Positions 7,579-16,089 of a stretch of 31,454 bases of DNA are shown here, piece by piece. Location of the stretch: positions 1 through 31,454 of the forward strand of contig JBFIHX010000018.1 of the NCBI GenBank assembly GCA_041601615.1, in the 5' to 3' direction. The notes beneath the pieces were generated by a model that made no database searches, was not told where the DNA came from, and saw only the letters and a program-made list of their open reading frames with translations. The stretch is from Thermoplasmatota archaeon. GTDB taxonomy: Archaea; Thermoplasmatota; E2; JACPAO01; JAHFTW01. Each line of letters opens with the position of its first letter. Positions within the stretch are counted from its first letter, which is position 1. A program made the position numbers and the translations under genes.

Positions 7579-8769
7579 ATGTCGGTGCGGACGTTGGAGT
7601 CAACTCGCCAAGTGACCCGTATTGGGGCGCATTCCTTGGAGGAGACAGGGGAGTTGGCGGCGCAGCAGGGCATTCATCACGCCTTGATTGTCACGGACGC
7701 GGGCCTGTCGCGCACGCATTGGCGGGCGGATCTTGAGCGGTCGCTTCGCAATGCCGACGTGGACGTTTCTGTGTTCTCGGATGTACATTCTACGCCGGGG
7801 CTGGAGGTTGTTGCGGCGGCGATTGCGGCGATTCGAGACAACGGCTGCGATGGGGTGGTGAGTCTGGGGGGTGGTTCGTGCCATGACGTAGCAAAGGTGG
7901 CGGCTCTGTTGACTGCGAGCCGGGCTTCGTTTCATGCAATTGCTCATGGGGAGCGTGCGCCGGATGGGAAGTTGCCGCATGTGGCGGTGAATACGACGGC
8001 GGGCAGCGGAGCGGAGCGATCTGGTTATGCGTTCATCATGGAGGAGAAGGGCCACGAACACACGGTGGTTCATCACAAGCTCTTGGTGCCGGAGGTGGCG
8101 GTGCTCGATCCTCGCATCCATGTGGGCATGCCGCCGGCGCTGACGGCGGATTCGGGGTTGAATGCCCTGGCGCACGCGATTGAGGCGTTCTTGAGCACGG
8201 CGCACACGGACGGGAGCGACGAACGGGCGTTGAAGGCCATCGGGGGCATTATGGAGCACCTGCCGCGTGCGGTGTCGAATGGTTCGGATGTGGAGGTTCG
8301 TGAGGCGATGGCGGAGGCGTCGTATCAGGCGGCGGAGGCGTTTGATGCGGCTGGGTTGGGCATCGTGGACAGCATCAGCCTTGTGCTCAGCAGCCTATTT
8401 TCCATCGGCCAAAGCAGCGCCAATGGCATGATTTTGCCCTATGTGATGCAATTTGATGCGCTTGCGGTGGATGGGCCCCGTACTTCGGCGTTGTGTGAGG
8501 TGCTCGGTGTCGAAGCTGGCGGCGGCTCTCCTTCCATGGCGGATGCGGTGCAGGCGGTGCAACATTTGCGGCGCAAGGTGGGGCAATCTGAGTCCTTGGC
8601 CGATCGCGGCGTGTCCTGGGATGATCTGTATTTGGTTTCGCACGCGATTTTGCGGCATCCGTTCACGAGCCGCAATCCCCGGCCGTTGGACAAGGCGGGG
8701 CTAGCAGAGATTTTCTTGGATGCGCTGCAAGGAGAATCTCCGGGCGCGGCGGTCCATTCGCCGGCTTAG
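7579..8769 (+). CDS. Iron-containing (group III) alcohol dehydrogenase homolog with a degenerate metal site
   Basis: ALIVTD, SLGGGSCHDVAK, NTTAGSGAE, AVLDP, ALAHAIEA, NPRP. Start placed at ATG 7579. Confidence 0.9.
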   Translation: MSVRTLESTRQVTRIGAHSLEETGELAAQQGIHHALIVTDAGLSRTHWRADLERSLRNADVDVSVFSDVHSTPGLEVVAAAIAAIRDNGCDGVVSLGGGSCHDVAKVAALLTASRASFHAIAHGERAPDGKLPHVAVNTTAGSGAERSGYAFIMEEKGHEHTVVHHKLLVPEVAVLDPRIHVGMPPALTADSGLNALAHAIEAFLSTAHTDGSDERALKAIGGIMEHLPRAVSNGSDVEVREAMAEASYQAAEAFDAAGLGIVDSISLVLSSLFSIGQSSANGMILPYVMQFDALAVDGPRTSALCEVLGVEAGGGSPSMADAVQAVQHLRRKVGQSESLADRGVSWDDLYLVSHAILRHPFTSRNPRPLDKAGLAEIFLDALQGESPGAAVHSPA

Positions 8770-9329
8770 CGCAGTGCAACGATGCCTTCGAGGTGGAATG
8801 CAAGAGCATATTTCACGTCTGCATGGGCGGGGGATGTCAAGAGGGGGGCTGCGTCTCGAATGGAGAGGGCGAATCCGGTTTCGTTTGCTTCAAGCTTGTA
8901 GATGTCTGTGTTGAGGCTCAAGGGCGAGGCGCCGTGGGCGGTCGCCAGGGTTCGCAGTTGGTAGCAGTTGTTGCCGCAGGACTCGTAGGCCACAAGATGG
9001 ATGGACAAATCGTCGTCTTCGATGGGTAGGTCGTCCCAGGTGAGTGCGGCGGTGACGTAGATTTCGGTGTCGCCCCGGCTGGAAAGGACGAGCACACTGT
9101 CGCTGCTGGTGACGATGGGGCCGGCGCAGCCGCCGTCTGTGTTCGGCAGGCACGCGGAGGTGCTCGTGGTGCCGTCCATGGAGAATGAGTCTTCGATCCA
9201 TTGGGCGTCATCGGGGCCGTCCTCTGAGGGCGTGTCGGCATCTGCGTCGAGGGGATCTGCTGCCTCCGAGTTGTCAAGGCACCCGGCGAGTAGGAGTAGG
9301 GCAAGTAGAATGGCTGCGCGCGTGAACAA
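8766..9329 (-). CDS. Hypothetical lipoprotein
   Basis: Lipobox LLAGC, acidic linker, beta-rich domain with two Cys pairs. Confidence 0.75.
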   Translation of the reverse strand: MFTRAAILLALLLLAGCLDNSEAADPLDADADTPSEDGPDDAQWIEDSFSMDGTTSTSACLPNTDGGCAGPIVTSSDSVLVLSSRGDTEIYVTAALTWDDLPIEDDDLSIHLVAYESCGNNCYQLRTLATAHGASPLSLNTDIYKLEANETGFALSIRDAAPLLTSPAHADVKYALAFHLEGIVALR

Positions 9330-9403
9330 AACCTGGCTTTCTAGACGATAAGGTTCCCGGTGGGTCGATGCGAATCAAATAATCGGCGTGCCTCGCCGGG
9401 AAC

Positions 9404-10051
9404 GTGGTGGATCGAGCTGCTCTCGATGCAATCGCCGCTCGGGTGCGTGCTTGCCAGCAGTGCCGACTTGGAGCTGATCGCATCCACGCGGTCCCAGGTG
9501 ATGGCGCGGGGGTCAGCGGTGCCCCTGCTCAAATGCTTCCTATGGAGGTGGCTTGGTCTGGAATCATGTGTGTCGGGGAGGCGCCGGGGCGAAACGAGGA
9601 CGAGACGGGGCACCCGTTTTGTGGCGCCGCGGGCAAAAACCTAGACCTGGGCCTCGAAGCGGCGGGGCTGAAGCGGCCGGAGGTGTTCGTCACGAGTATT
9701 GTCAAGTGCCGGCCGCCCAAGAACCGCGACCCGAAGCCAGACGAAAAGGCGGCGTGCCATCCGTACCTTCTCGAACAAGTGGCAGCGCTGAGGCCTCGTG
9801 TCATCGTTGCTCTTGGGCGCCATGGCCTCTCCGGTCTCGTCGACGATCCGCCCAAGCAATTTGGCGATGTGCGCGGCACTTTCGTGGTCGGCCCCGGCGG
9901 CGTGCTTGTGTTTTGTTCCTACCACCCGGCGGCGATTATCTACCGACGGCAGTGGAAGGAGGAGTACTTGGCGGATTGGGAGAAGCTGGGGCGGTGGGTG
10001 CGAGGCGAGGCGGTCGAAGGTTTTCCGGACCTGGGCGGCGCTGCATCCTAG
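9404..10051 (+). CDS. udg: Uracil-DNA glycosylase family 4 ([4Fe-4S])
   Basis: CQQCRL, GEAPG..E...G.PF.G.AG, KCRPPKNRDP, C.PYL, YHPAA. Confidence 0.95.
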   Translation: MVDRAALDAIAARVRACQQCRLGADRIHAVPGDGAGVSGAPAQMLPMEVAWSGIMCVGEAPGRNEDETGHPFCGAAGKNLDLGLEAAGLKRPEVFVTSIVKCRPPKNRDPKPDEKAACHPYLLEQVAALRPRVIVALGRHGLSGLVDDPPKQFGDVRGTFVVGPGGVLVFCSYHPAAIIYRRQWKEEYLADWEKLGRWVRGEAVEGFPDLGGAAS

Positions 10052-10117
10052 CTTTGGGCCGAATCGAGCTGTTTTGCGGCCGACGCCATGGGTCATGCCT
10101 GCGATCCCAGTGGCCCG

Positions 10118-10571
10118 TGTGTCTGACACATTCGGGCGAAGGAACGCTTGGCGTCCGATCCGGATCGTCAGACAAGGATTGTCAGACACGGGGTGAGGAT
10201 GGAGCGTACTTTCACCACTCCTGGCGCCAACCTGAAGGATTGCGGTTGTTTGGTAGGGTCGTTCCTCCCAGGGCGCGGCTCTTTCCTCCCGTCGCTCCCG
10301 AGCATCCCTAGTGGGGTGTCTGACGCGTCCGACAGCATCCCGTCAGACGCGTCAGACCCCCGCTTCCGATGGAACTCCATATGAAACAAGGGTTTACTTC
10401 CTTCTGGAAATCGGGACTCAACAGGAGAAAGGCTCTGGCGAACGCCCCATCGCCACGAAAGAGACTATATACCCCACCTCCAATGCAACTGTCAGACAAT
10501 GTCGGACGAACGCACACCAATGGTGTCGTTTGGTGCCGATAGTGTCCATCGGGTGTCAGACACCGTCTGCC
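10118..10571. promoter_or_regulatory. Array of YGTCNGACR palindromes upstream of cdrS-ftsZ2 (putative operators)
   Basis: Exact GTCNGAC at 10121, 10167, 10181, 10318, 10327, 10342, 10351, 10491, 10501 and 10555; one-mismatch copies at 10153 and 10565. Confidence 0.8.
10456..10471 (+). promoter_or_regulatory. BRE-TATA promoter of cdrS-ftsZ2
   Basis: CGAAAGAGAC followed by TATATA (10466-10471). Confidence 0.7.
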
Positions 10572-10599
10572 GCTCGAAGCATCGAAACCGAGGCTTTCT

Positions 10600-10845
10600 A
10601 TGGCCACCAAATCCGACCGCATCACCATTCGCCTCCCAACGGCCATGACGTCCAAGATGGACGCCCTGGTCGGCCTGGGACAATACGGTACGCGGACGGA
10701 GGTCATCCGCCACGCCCTGCGCCAGTTCTTCGAAGAACAAGGCGGCCGGGCAGACAAGACGGTCGAAGCCGAAGAAAAGATGCAAAAGCTCGTCAAACTG
10801 GCAGCGATTCTGAAGGACAATCAGGACCTGCTCGACGCGCTCTAA
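10600..10845 (+). CDS. cdrS: Ribbon-helix-helix regulator, CdrS-like
   Basis: RITIRLP....MD.LV..G.Y..R.EVIR.ALR is an RHH fold pattern, and the gene sits immediately upstream of an FtsZ2-type gene as in haloarchaea. Confidence 0.85.
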   Translation: MATKSDRITIRLPTAMTSKMDALVGLGQYGTRTEVIRHALRQFFEEQGGRADKTVEAEEKMQKLVKLAAILKDNQDLLDAL

Positions 10846-10886
10846 CACTCCTGGCTTTACGAAGCGGGGATGGGATGCCCAAAAAA

Positions 10887-10920
10887 GGGGCCGGGGGGTT
10901 GACGACGCCCCCCGGCTTTC
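10887..10920 (+). terminator. GC-rich hairpin between cdrS and ftsZ2
   Basis: GCCGGGGGG/CCCCCCGGC 9-bp stem, 9-nt loop, followed by TTTC and preceded by A6. Confidence 0.45.
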
Positions 10921-10953
10921 TACTCAGTCGTCACGCATACGTGGAGGAACAAC

Positions 10954-12135
10954 ATGCAAAGCCTGATCGGAGCCGCAGTCGGCCACACACAAGAACAAGA
11001 GCTCAAAGAATACGAGCAATTCGGTGAGCCGAAGATCGTCATCGTGGGATGCGGTGGCGCCGGCGGCAACACCGTGAACCGCTTGCACAAAATCGGCGTC
11101 CGTGGCGCCGAGACCATCGCAATCAACACCGACAAGCAGGCGCTCGACCTCGTAGAGGCCGACAAGAAGCTGCTCGTCGGCAAATCCATCACCCGTGGCC
11201 TAGGCGCCGGCGGCTACCCCGAAGTGGCCGAACGCTGCGCCGAGCAAGCCCGCGGCAAACTCGAAGAAATGCTGCGCGGCGCCGACCTCGTGTTCATCAC
11301 GGCCGGCATGGGCGGCGGCACCGGCAGCGGCACGGCCCCCGTCGTCGCGGACATCGCCAAGAAACACGGCGCCATCGTCGTCGGCATGGTCAGCACCCCC
11401 TTCAACGTGGAGCGCGCCCGCATCCTCAAGGGCGACCAGGCCCTGCAAAAGCTGCGCAACAAGGCAGACAGCGTCATTGTCCTCGACAACAACCGCCTCC
11501 TGCAATACGTTCCCAACCTGCCCATCGACCAAGCCTTTTCGGTCATGGACCAGCTCATCGCCGAGACCGTCAAGGGCCTCAGCGAGACCATCACCCAACC
11601 CAGCCTCATCAACCTCGATTACGCCGACGTGAAGGCGATCATGGGCGAAGGCGGCGTCGCCGTCATGCTCTGGGGAGAAGCCAAGACCAGCGATGGCGCC
11701 ACCGCCGTCGTCTCCGAGGCCCTCAACCACCCGCTTCTCGACGTGGACTACCGCGGCGCCACCGGCGCACTCGTCCACATCACCGGCGGCCCCGACCTGA
11801 CCCTCAAGCACGCCGAAGAAGTGGCTGAGAACCTCACCTACGAACTCGACAGCCACGCCAACGTCATCTGGGGCGCTCGCGTCCTGCCCGAATTCGAAGG
11901 CCGCGTGCGCGTCATGAGCATCATGACCGGCATCAGCACCGTCGACGCCCCCGGCGCCGCCTCTGCCGCCAAGCGCCAGGAAGAAGTCAAGGTGGAGTTC
12001 ACCGCGAACGCCCCCGCTCAGCGCAACCGTGGCTTCAACGAAGGCAACAACTTCAGCCAAGCACGCCCGACGAGCCTTGCCCACTCCCGCCCCGCCCCCG
12101 GCGGCGCGGTCGGCGGCATCGACTTCGTCAACTAA
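10954..12135 (+). CDS. ftsZ2: Cell division protein FtsZ, FtsZ2 type
   Basis: [26 protein letters not shown]; N-terminal QFGEPKI typical of FtsZ2; C-terminal GIDFV; SD GGAGG. Confidence 0.97.
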   Translation: MQSLIGAAVGHTQEQELKEYEQFGEPKIVIVGCGGAGGNTVNRLHKIGVRGAETIAINTDKQALDLVEADKKLLVGKSITRGLGAGGYPEVAERCAEQARGKLEEMLRGADLVFITAGMGGGTGSGTAPVVADIAKKHGAIVVGMVSTPFNVERARILKGDQALQKLRNKADSVIVLDNNRLLQYVPNLPIDQAFSVMDQLIAETVKGLSETITQPSLINLDYADVKAIMGEGGVAVMLWGEAKTSDGATAVVSEALNHPLLDVDYRGATGALVHITGGPDLTLKHAEEVAENLTYELDSHANVIWGARVLPEFEGRVRVMSIMTGISTVDAPGAASAAKRQEEVKVEFTANAPAQRNRGFNEGNNFSQARPTSLAHSRPAPGGAVGGIDFVN

Positions 12136-12349
12136 ACCCCCCTCAACCCCACCTCTTTCCGATCAGTACCTCCCCCAACCGCCTCGGTGCGTCGGCGTCC
12201 TCCCACGTCCTCGCTCCTCCCATACCCGTGGCTGGTTTTGCCAGGAGACGAGACCTCCCGCTCGTCTCCTGGCCCTCCTTCTTTTGGAGCCTTGTTGCTC
12301 ACAAACAGGCGAGAATCTCTGAAGCCGACGTGGTCATGGAATCAGCCGA

Positions 12350-13273
12350 CTATGCGTGCCAAGCACACGCCTTACACTGTGCCCCACTCGTCGGCTCGCC
12401 ACAGTCCGGACAGGAAATCAGCGCGCCCTTGGCTTGCACGGGCAGCAATGGCTTGACGCGGTCGTGGAACCGGATGAGGCTGTGGCGCGTCCCGGGCTGG
12501 CTCCCTTCCAGCTCCAGGATCATATCGCGCATCTTGAACCGGTTCGCGCGCGCCGCGTAGGGACACTCGGCTTCGTGGTGCAGCGGCAGGTCCTCCAGCA
12601 TCGCGTAGAGGAGGATCTCCTTTTCGGGCACGGTGCGGAAGGGCAGGATGCGCGGCACGAGCCCCGGTTGCGGCGTCGTGTGCGGAGCAAGCCTGGCGAG
12701 CCGGTCCGCGTCGCCGTTGAGGACGTTCATCAGGACGGTCTGCGCCATGTCGTCGAGGTTGTGCCCGGTTGCCACTGCCACGGCACCGAGTTCGCGGGCC
12801 ACCTGGTTGATGCCGACGCGCCGGAACACGCCGCAGGGGCCGCACGCGGGCCGAGGCTCGCCCGTGGGGTTCTTGCCGCCGCCTTGGGCGTATTCGTCAA
12901 TGTCGTAGCCGGCCAGGTCCTTGATGGAGACGGTGTGCCAGGGAATGTTGCGCTCCTCGGTGACTTTGCGGCAAATGTCCAATGCTCCGCCGCGGTAGCC
13001 GGCAATGCCCTCGTCGATGCTGATGGCGACGAGGTCGATGTGCGGGTTCGTGCGCGTGATTTTTTCGAGAAAATGCAAGCATGCGACGCTGTCTTTGCCG
13101 CCGGAAAGCGCGACTGCGATGGTGCCGTGCGGCAAACGGCCTTGGCTTGCTACCTCGTTTTTGGCGCGACGCTCCACGAAGCGCACGAGGTGGGGCCCGC
13201 ATAGGTGCTGGCCGCTGTAGCGAATAAACGTCACAGCGGGGGTGGGGCACTTGGAGCAGGTGCGGGGGGCCAC
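12350..13273 (-). CDS. ncsA: tRNA 2-thiouridine synthesis protein NcsA/TtuA (Ncs6/CTU1 family)
   Basis: N-terminal CxxC..CxxH, PP-loop SGGKDS, CGPCGVFRR, GHNLDD, CPY, C-terminal CxxC..CxxC. Start GTG 13273. Confidence 0.93.
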   Translation of the reverse strand: MAPRTCSKCPTPAVTFIRYSGQHLCGPHLVRFVERRAKNEVASQGRLPHGTIAVALSGGKDSVACLHFLEKITRTNPHIDLVAISIDEGIAGYRGGALDICRKVTEERNIPWHTVSIKDLAGYDIDEYAQGGGKNPTGEPRPACGPCGVFRRVGINQVARELGAVAVATGHNLDDMAQTVLMNVLNGDADRLARLAPHTTPQPGLVPRILPFRTVPEKEILLYAMLEDLPLHHEAECPYAARANRFKMRDMILELEGSQPGTRHSLIRFHDRVKPLLPVQAKGALISCPDCGEPTSGAQCKACAWHA

Positions 13274-13347
13274 GGAGGCGCCGAGTCGGGGCCGGGCATA
13301 AGGGTTGGCGGCGCGACGAACCTGGGGGAGGAGAGGGCAGGTTTGGT

Positions 13348-16053
13348 TCAGGTTCGCCTGCGTGCCCACATCATGCCCGCGGCGGCGACGACCAGAAGCA
13401 AAATGGCTGGCCCGACGCCGGGTGCCTTTGCGGTGCCATCCGAAGAACGATCCGACGCGATTTCATTGGGGTCGGTGGCGGTTCCCGATGCGACCAGAAC
13501 TTCGGTCCCGTCCGACAGGACTCGAATCACCCTGTACGTGCTGCCCGGGGCGGCCAACGATAGGTCTGGAATTGGCTCGGCGAGTTGTCCGCCTGCCGGA
13601 ATCGTGCGGTTGACGAAGATGTACTTGCTCAGTCCATCCGCATCTACGTACTCGATGCGCAACTCTAGGTCCAGTAAGTCCGGGCCGGGGTTGGCTGCGC
13701 GAAGGGTGGCTGGGGCGATGGCGGTAGCGGGCGTGATGGAGTAGCTAGGCTGCGGCGGCAGGGTCGGGCCGCTTTGGCGAGCCACCGAAACCGTGACCCG
13801 GGGTAGGTCTTGGAATCCTGCGATCGTGTTGGAGGGATCAGTGGCGGTGTGGCCGCGCCGGGGGCCGAGTCCGTGGCTGATCCATGCCGTGAGCACAACC
13901 TCGTCGCCTTCGTCGAGGCTCATGCTGTGTGTCGTGGTCGAGGGCGCGAGGTCCGCCGCGAGAATGAAGGCCGCGCCGGATGCAGGGTGGCGCATCCACA
14001 GTTGCAGACCCCCCGCAGTGGGTGGTGTGGTCCAGGAGAAGGACACGGCATGGGGGCCGGTTGCGTCGAAGGCGACGGAGGGAACGATGGATTGCCGGAG
14101 GCTGCCGGCGGCCGCGATGGTCATCGTCCGGGCCTCTTGTGCATCAGCGACTCCGTTGCCGTTGGCGTCAGAATCCTCGCAATCGTGGAGTCCGTCGCCG
14201 TCCATGTCTGCCGGTTGTACGTTGGCGTCCAAAGGATTGCTGCCGCATGCTAGGTCGGCGGCGTCGTTGAGTCCGTCGCCGTCGGTGTCCACATTCAGCG
14301 GGTCGGTTTTGTGCTGGTGCACTTCCGCGCCGTCGGTCAGACCGTCGCCATCGGTGTCGGCTTTGAGCGGGTTGGTGCCGGCGGTGATTTCGGCGCCGTC
14401 GTTGAGTCCGTCGCCGTCGGAGTCGGCTTTGAGGGGGTTGGTGCCGGCGGTGATTTCGGCGCCGTCGTTGAGTCCGTCGCCGTCCGAGTCTGCCTTCGTG
14501 GGGTCGGTGCCGAGCGATTGTTCCTGGAGATTTGTCAGCCCATCATTGTCCGGGTCGCCGCCCGCGGTGGCCGACAAGTCGCCGAAGTACTTCTGTTCCC
14601 AAGCGTCGGCGAGGCCATCGAGGTCCTGGTCGGCGGGTACAGAGGAGGCGTCCAACGGGTCGCTGCCTGCGGAAACTTCTAGGCCATCCTTGAAGCCGTC
14701 GCCGTCCGAGTCTGCCTTGAGCGGGTCGGTGCCGCTGGTGTTTACTTCGTAGCCGTCGAGCAAACCGTCGCCGTCGCTGTCTGCGGTGAGCGAATTGGTG
14801 CCAAGTAGGAGTTCGTCAGCGTCGCTGAGACCGTCTCCGTCCGTGTCGGCTTTGAGCGGGTTCGTGCCGTAGATGGTGATCTCGCTGGCGTCGTCGAGGC
14901 CGTCGCCATCGGTGTCGGCTTTGAGGGGGTTGGTGCCGTAGCCGCCGTCGGGGTTGGCAAGGTCAAGGTCAGGGCAAGCCGCTAGCACGGTGTGTCGCAC
15001 CTCTTGGCAGTCCGAGAGGCCGTCACCATCTGTGTCGGGTAGCCAGGGGTCCGTGGCGTACACGTTGACTTCCGGCCCGTCCATGACGCCGTCGCCGTCT
15101 GAGTCGCGCACGAAGGGGTCCGTGCCGGCGTCGATTTCGTCGCCGTCGAGCAATCCGTCCTCGTCCGTGTCGGCCTTTACGGGGTTGGTGCCGTGGGTGT
15201 TGATTTCGCTCAGGTCGTCGAGGCCGTCCGCGTCGGTGTCGGCTTTGAGGGGGTTGGTGCCGTAGCCGCCGTCGGGGCTGGCTAGTTCCAGGTCTTGGCA
15301 GGCGGGGAGGGTGGTGTGGCGCACTTCTTGGCAATCGGTGAGGCCGTCGCTGTCTGTGTCCACCTCCAATGGATCGGTGTCAAATCCGCCATCGGTGTTC
15401 TCGAAGGCCGGATCTTTGCACTCTGCAACGACGGTGTGTCGTACTTCTTGGCAATCGGTGAGGCCGTCGCCGTCGGTGTCGGGCAAATTCGGAGAGGTGC
15501 CCAGGGTTGCCTCCAGGGCATCGGAGAGGCCGTCGCCGTCTGCGTCCGGTGCTGCGATGGTATCGAATTGGAATGCGTAGGTTACTGCCGGGCTGCTACC
15601 TACTCCGGAGGGGGAGAGCGCGGCAAGACGAAGGTATGTGTTGTGGGTCCCAACCCCTTCGCCCACGGTGACCCGAACTTGCAGTTGATAGGCGCCTTCG
15701 GAAGCGCCAGGGAAGCTCACGGGGTTGTCGTAGCCGGACAGGTCCGAAAGTGGCGCGTAGTGTACGCCCCCTGAGGGACGGATTGCGAGCTTGGTGGGCC
15801 ACGCAACAGTGCCCGCGATGCCAAAGTTGCGATACGAGAACTCCAGGTCCACGGCGCTGTCGCCGTCGGCGGGTCGAACCTGGAATGCGATAACATACAC
15901 CACCTCGTCGCCTGGCTCAACGGTCGCCTCATGGTCGCCTGCTTCGTACCCAATGGTAGGACTTGCGGAAGCACCTGCTAGGGGCGCCAGTGCCGCCGAG
16001 AGAAACAGGGCGACAAGCAGCAATGCGGTCGGGGAATCAGTTCGAGATGACAT
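13348..16053 (-). CDS. Cell-anchored surface protein with Asp-rich DxDGDGLxD Ca-binding repeats and a PGF-CTERM-like tail
   Basis: Signal peptide, N-terminal beta domain, many D[TS]DGDGLxDxxE..GT[ND]P repeats, and C-terminal APG + TM helix + RRR. Confidence 0.9.
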   Translation of the reverse strand: MSSRTDSPTALLLVALFLSAALAPLAGASASPTIGYEAGDHEATVEPGDEVVYVIAFQVRPADGDSAVDLEFSYRNFGIAGTVAWPTKLAIRPSGGVHYAPLSDLSGYDNPVSFPGASEGAYQLQVRVTVGEGVGTHNTYLRLAALSPSGVGSSPAVTYAFQFDTIAAPDADGDGLSDALEATLGTSPNLPDTDGDGLTDCQEVRHTVVAECKDPAFENTDGGFDTDPLEVDTDSDGLTDCQEVRHTTLPACQDLELASPDGGYGTNPLKADTDADGLDDLSEINTHGTNPVKADTDEDGLLDGDEIDAGTDPFVRDSDGDGVMDGPEVNVYATDPWLPDTDGDGLSDCQEVRHTVLAACPDLDLANPDGGYGTNPLKADTDGDGLDDASEITIYGTNPLKADTDGDGLSDADELLLGTNSLTADSDGDGLLDGYEVNTSGTDPLKADSDGDGFKDGLEVSAGSDPLDASSVPADQDLDGLADAWEQKYFGDLSATAGGDPDNDGLTNLQEQSLGTDPTKADSDGDGLNDGAEITAGTNPLKADSDGDGLNDGAEITAGTNPLKADTDGDGLTDGAEVHQHKTDPLNVDTDGDGLNDAADLACGSNPLDANVQPADMDGDGLHDCEDSDANGNGVADAQEARTMTIAAAGSLRQSIVPSVAFDATGPHAVSFSWTTPPTAGGLQLWMRHPASGAAFILAADLAPSTTTHSMSLDEGDEVVLTAWISHGLGPRRGHTATDPSNTIAGFQDLPRVTVSVARQSGPTLPPQPSYSITPATAIAPATLRAANPGPDLLDLELRIEYVDADGLSKYIFVNRTIPAGGQLAEPIPDLSLAAPGSTYRVIRVLSDGTEVLVASGTATDPNEIASDRSSDGTAKAPGVGPAILLLVVAAAGMMWARRRT

Positions 16054-16089
16054 GGATTCAGGATGATGAGGGGAATCGGGCCAGACGAC

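Noticed and set aside
7290-7673. Poly-Pro extension of the flavoprotein, and poly-Thr/Val/Trp ORFs
   Set aside because: By-products of the (GGT)25 tract; family similarity begins at ATG 7289 and the extension overlaps the ADH start.
6294-8769. Bacterial microcompartment locus
   Set aside because: No shell proteins or signature enzyme in the window; only PduS-like and PduQ-like homologs are present.
10168-10389. ORFs with SDASD repeats
   Set aside because: The peptide repeats are just translations of the palindromic DNA motif on both strands.
10052-10599. Replication origin call
   Set aside because: No cdc6/orc1 gene nearby, no clear AT-rich unwinding element, and no sustained strand-skew switch. 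Kept only as ORB-like and operator findings.
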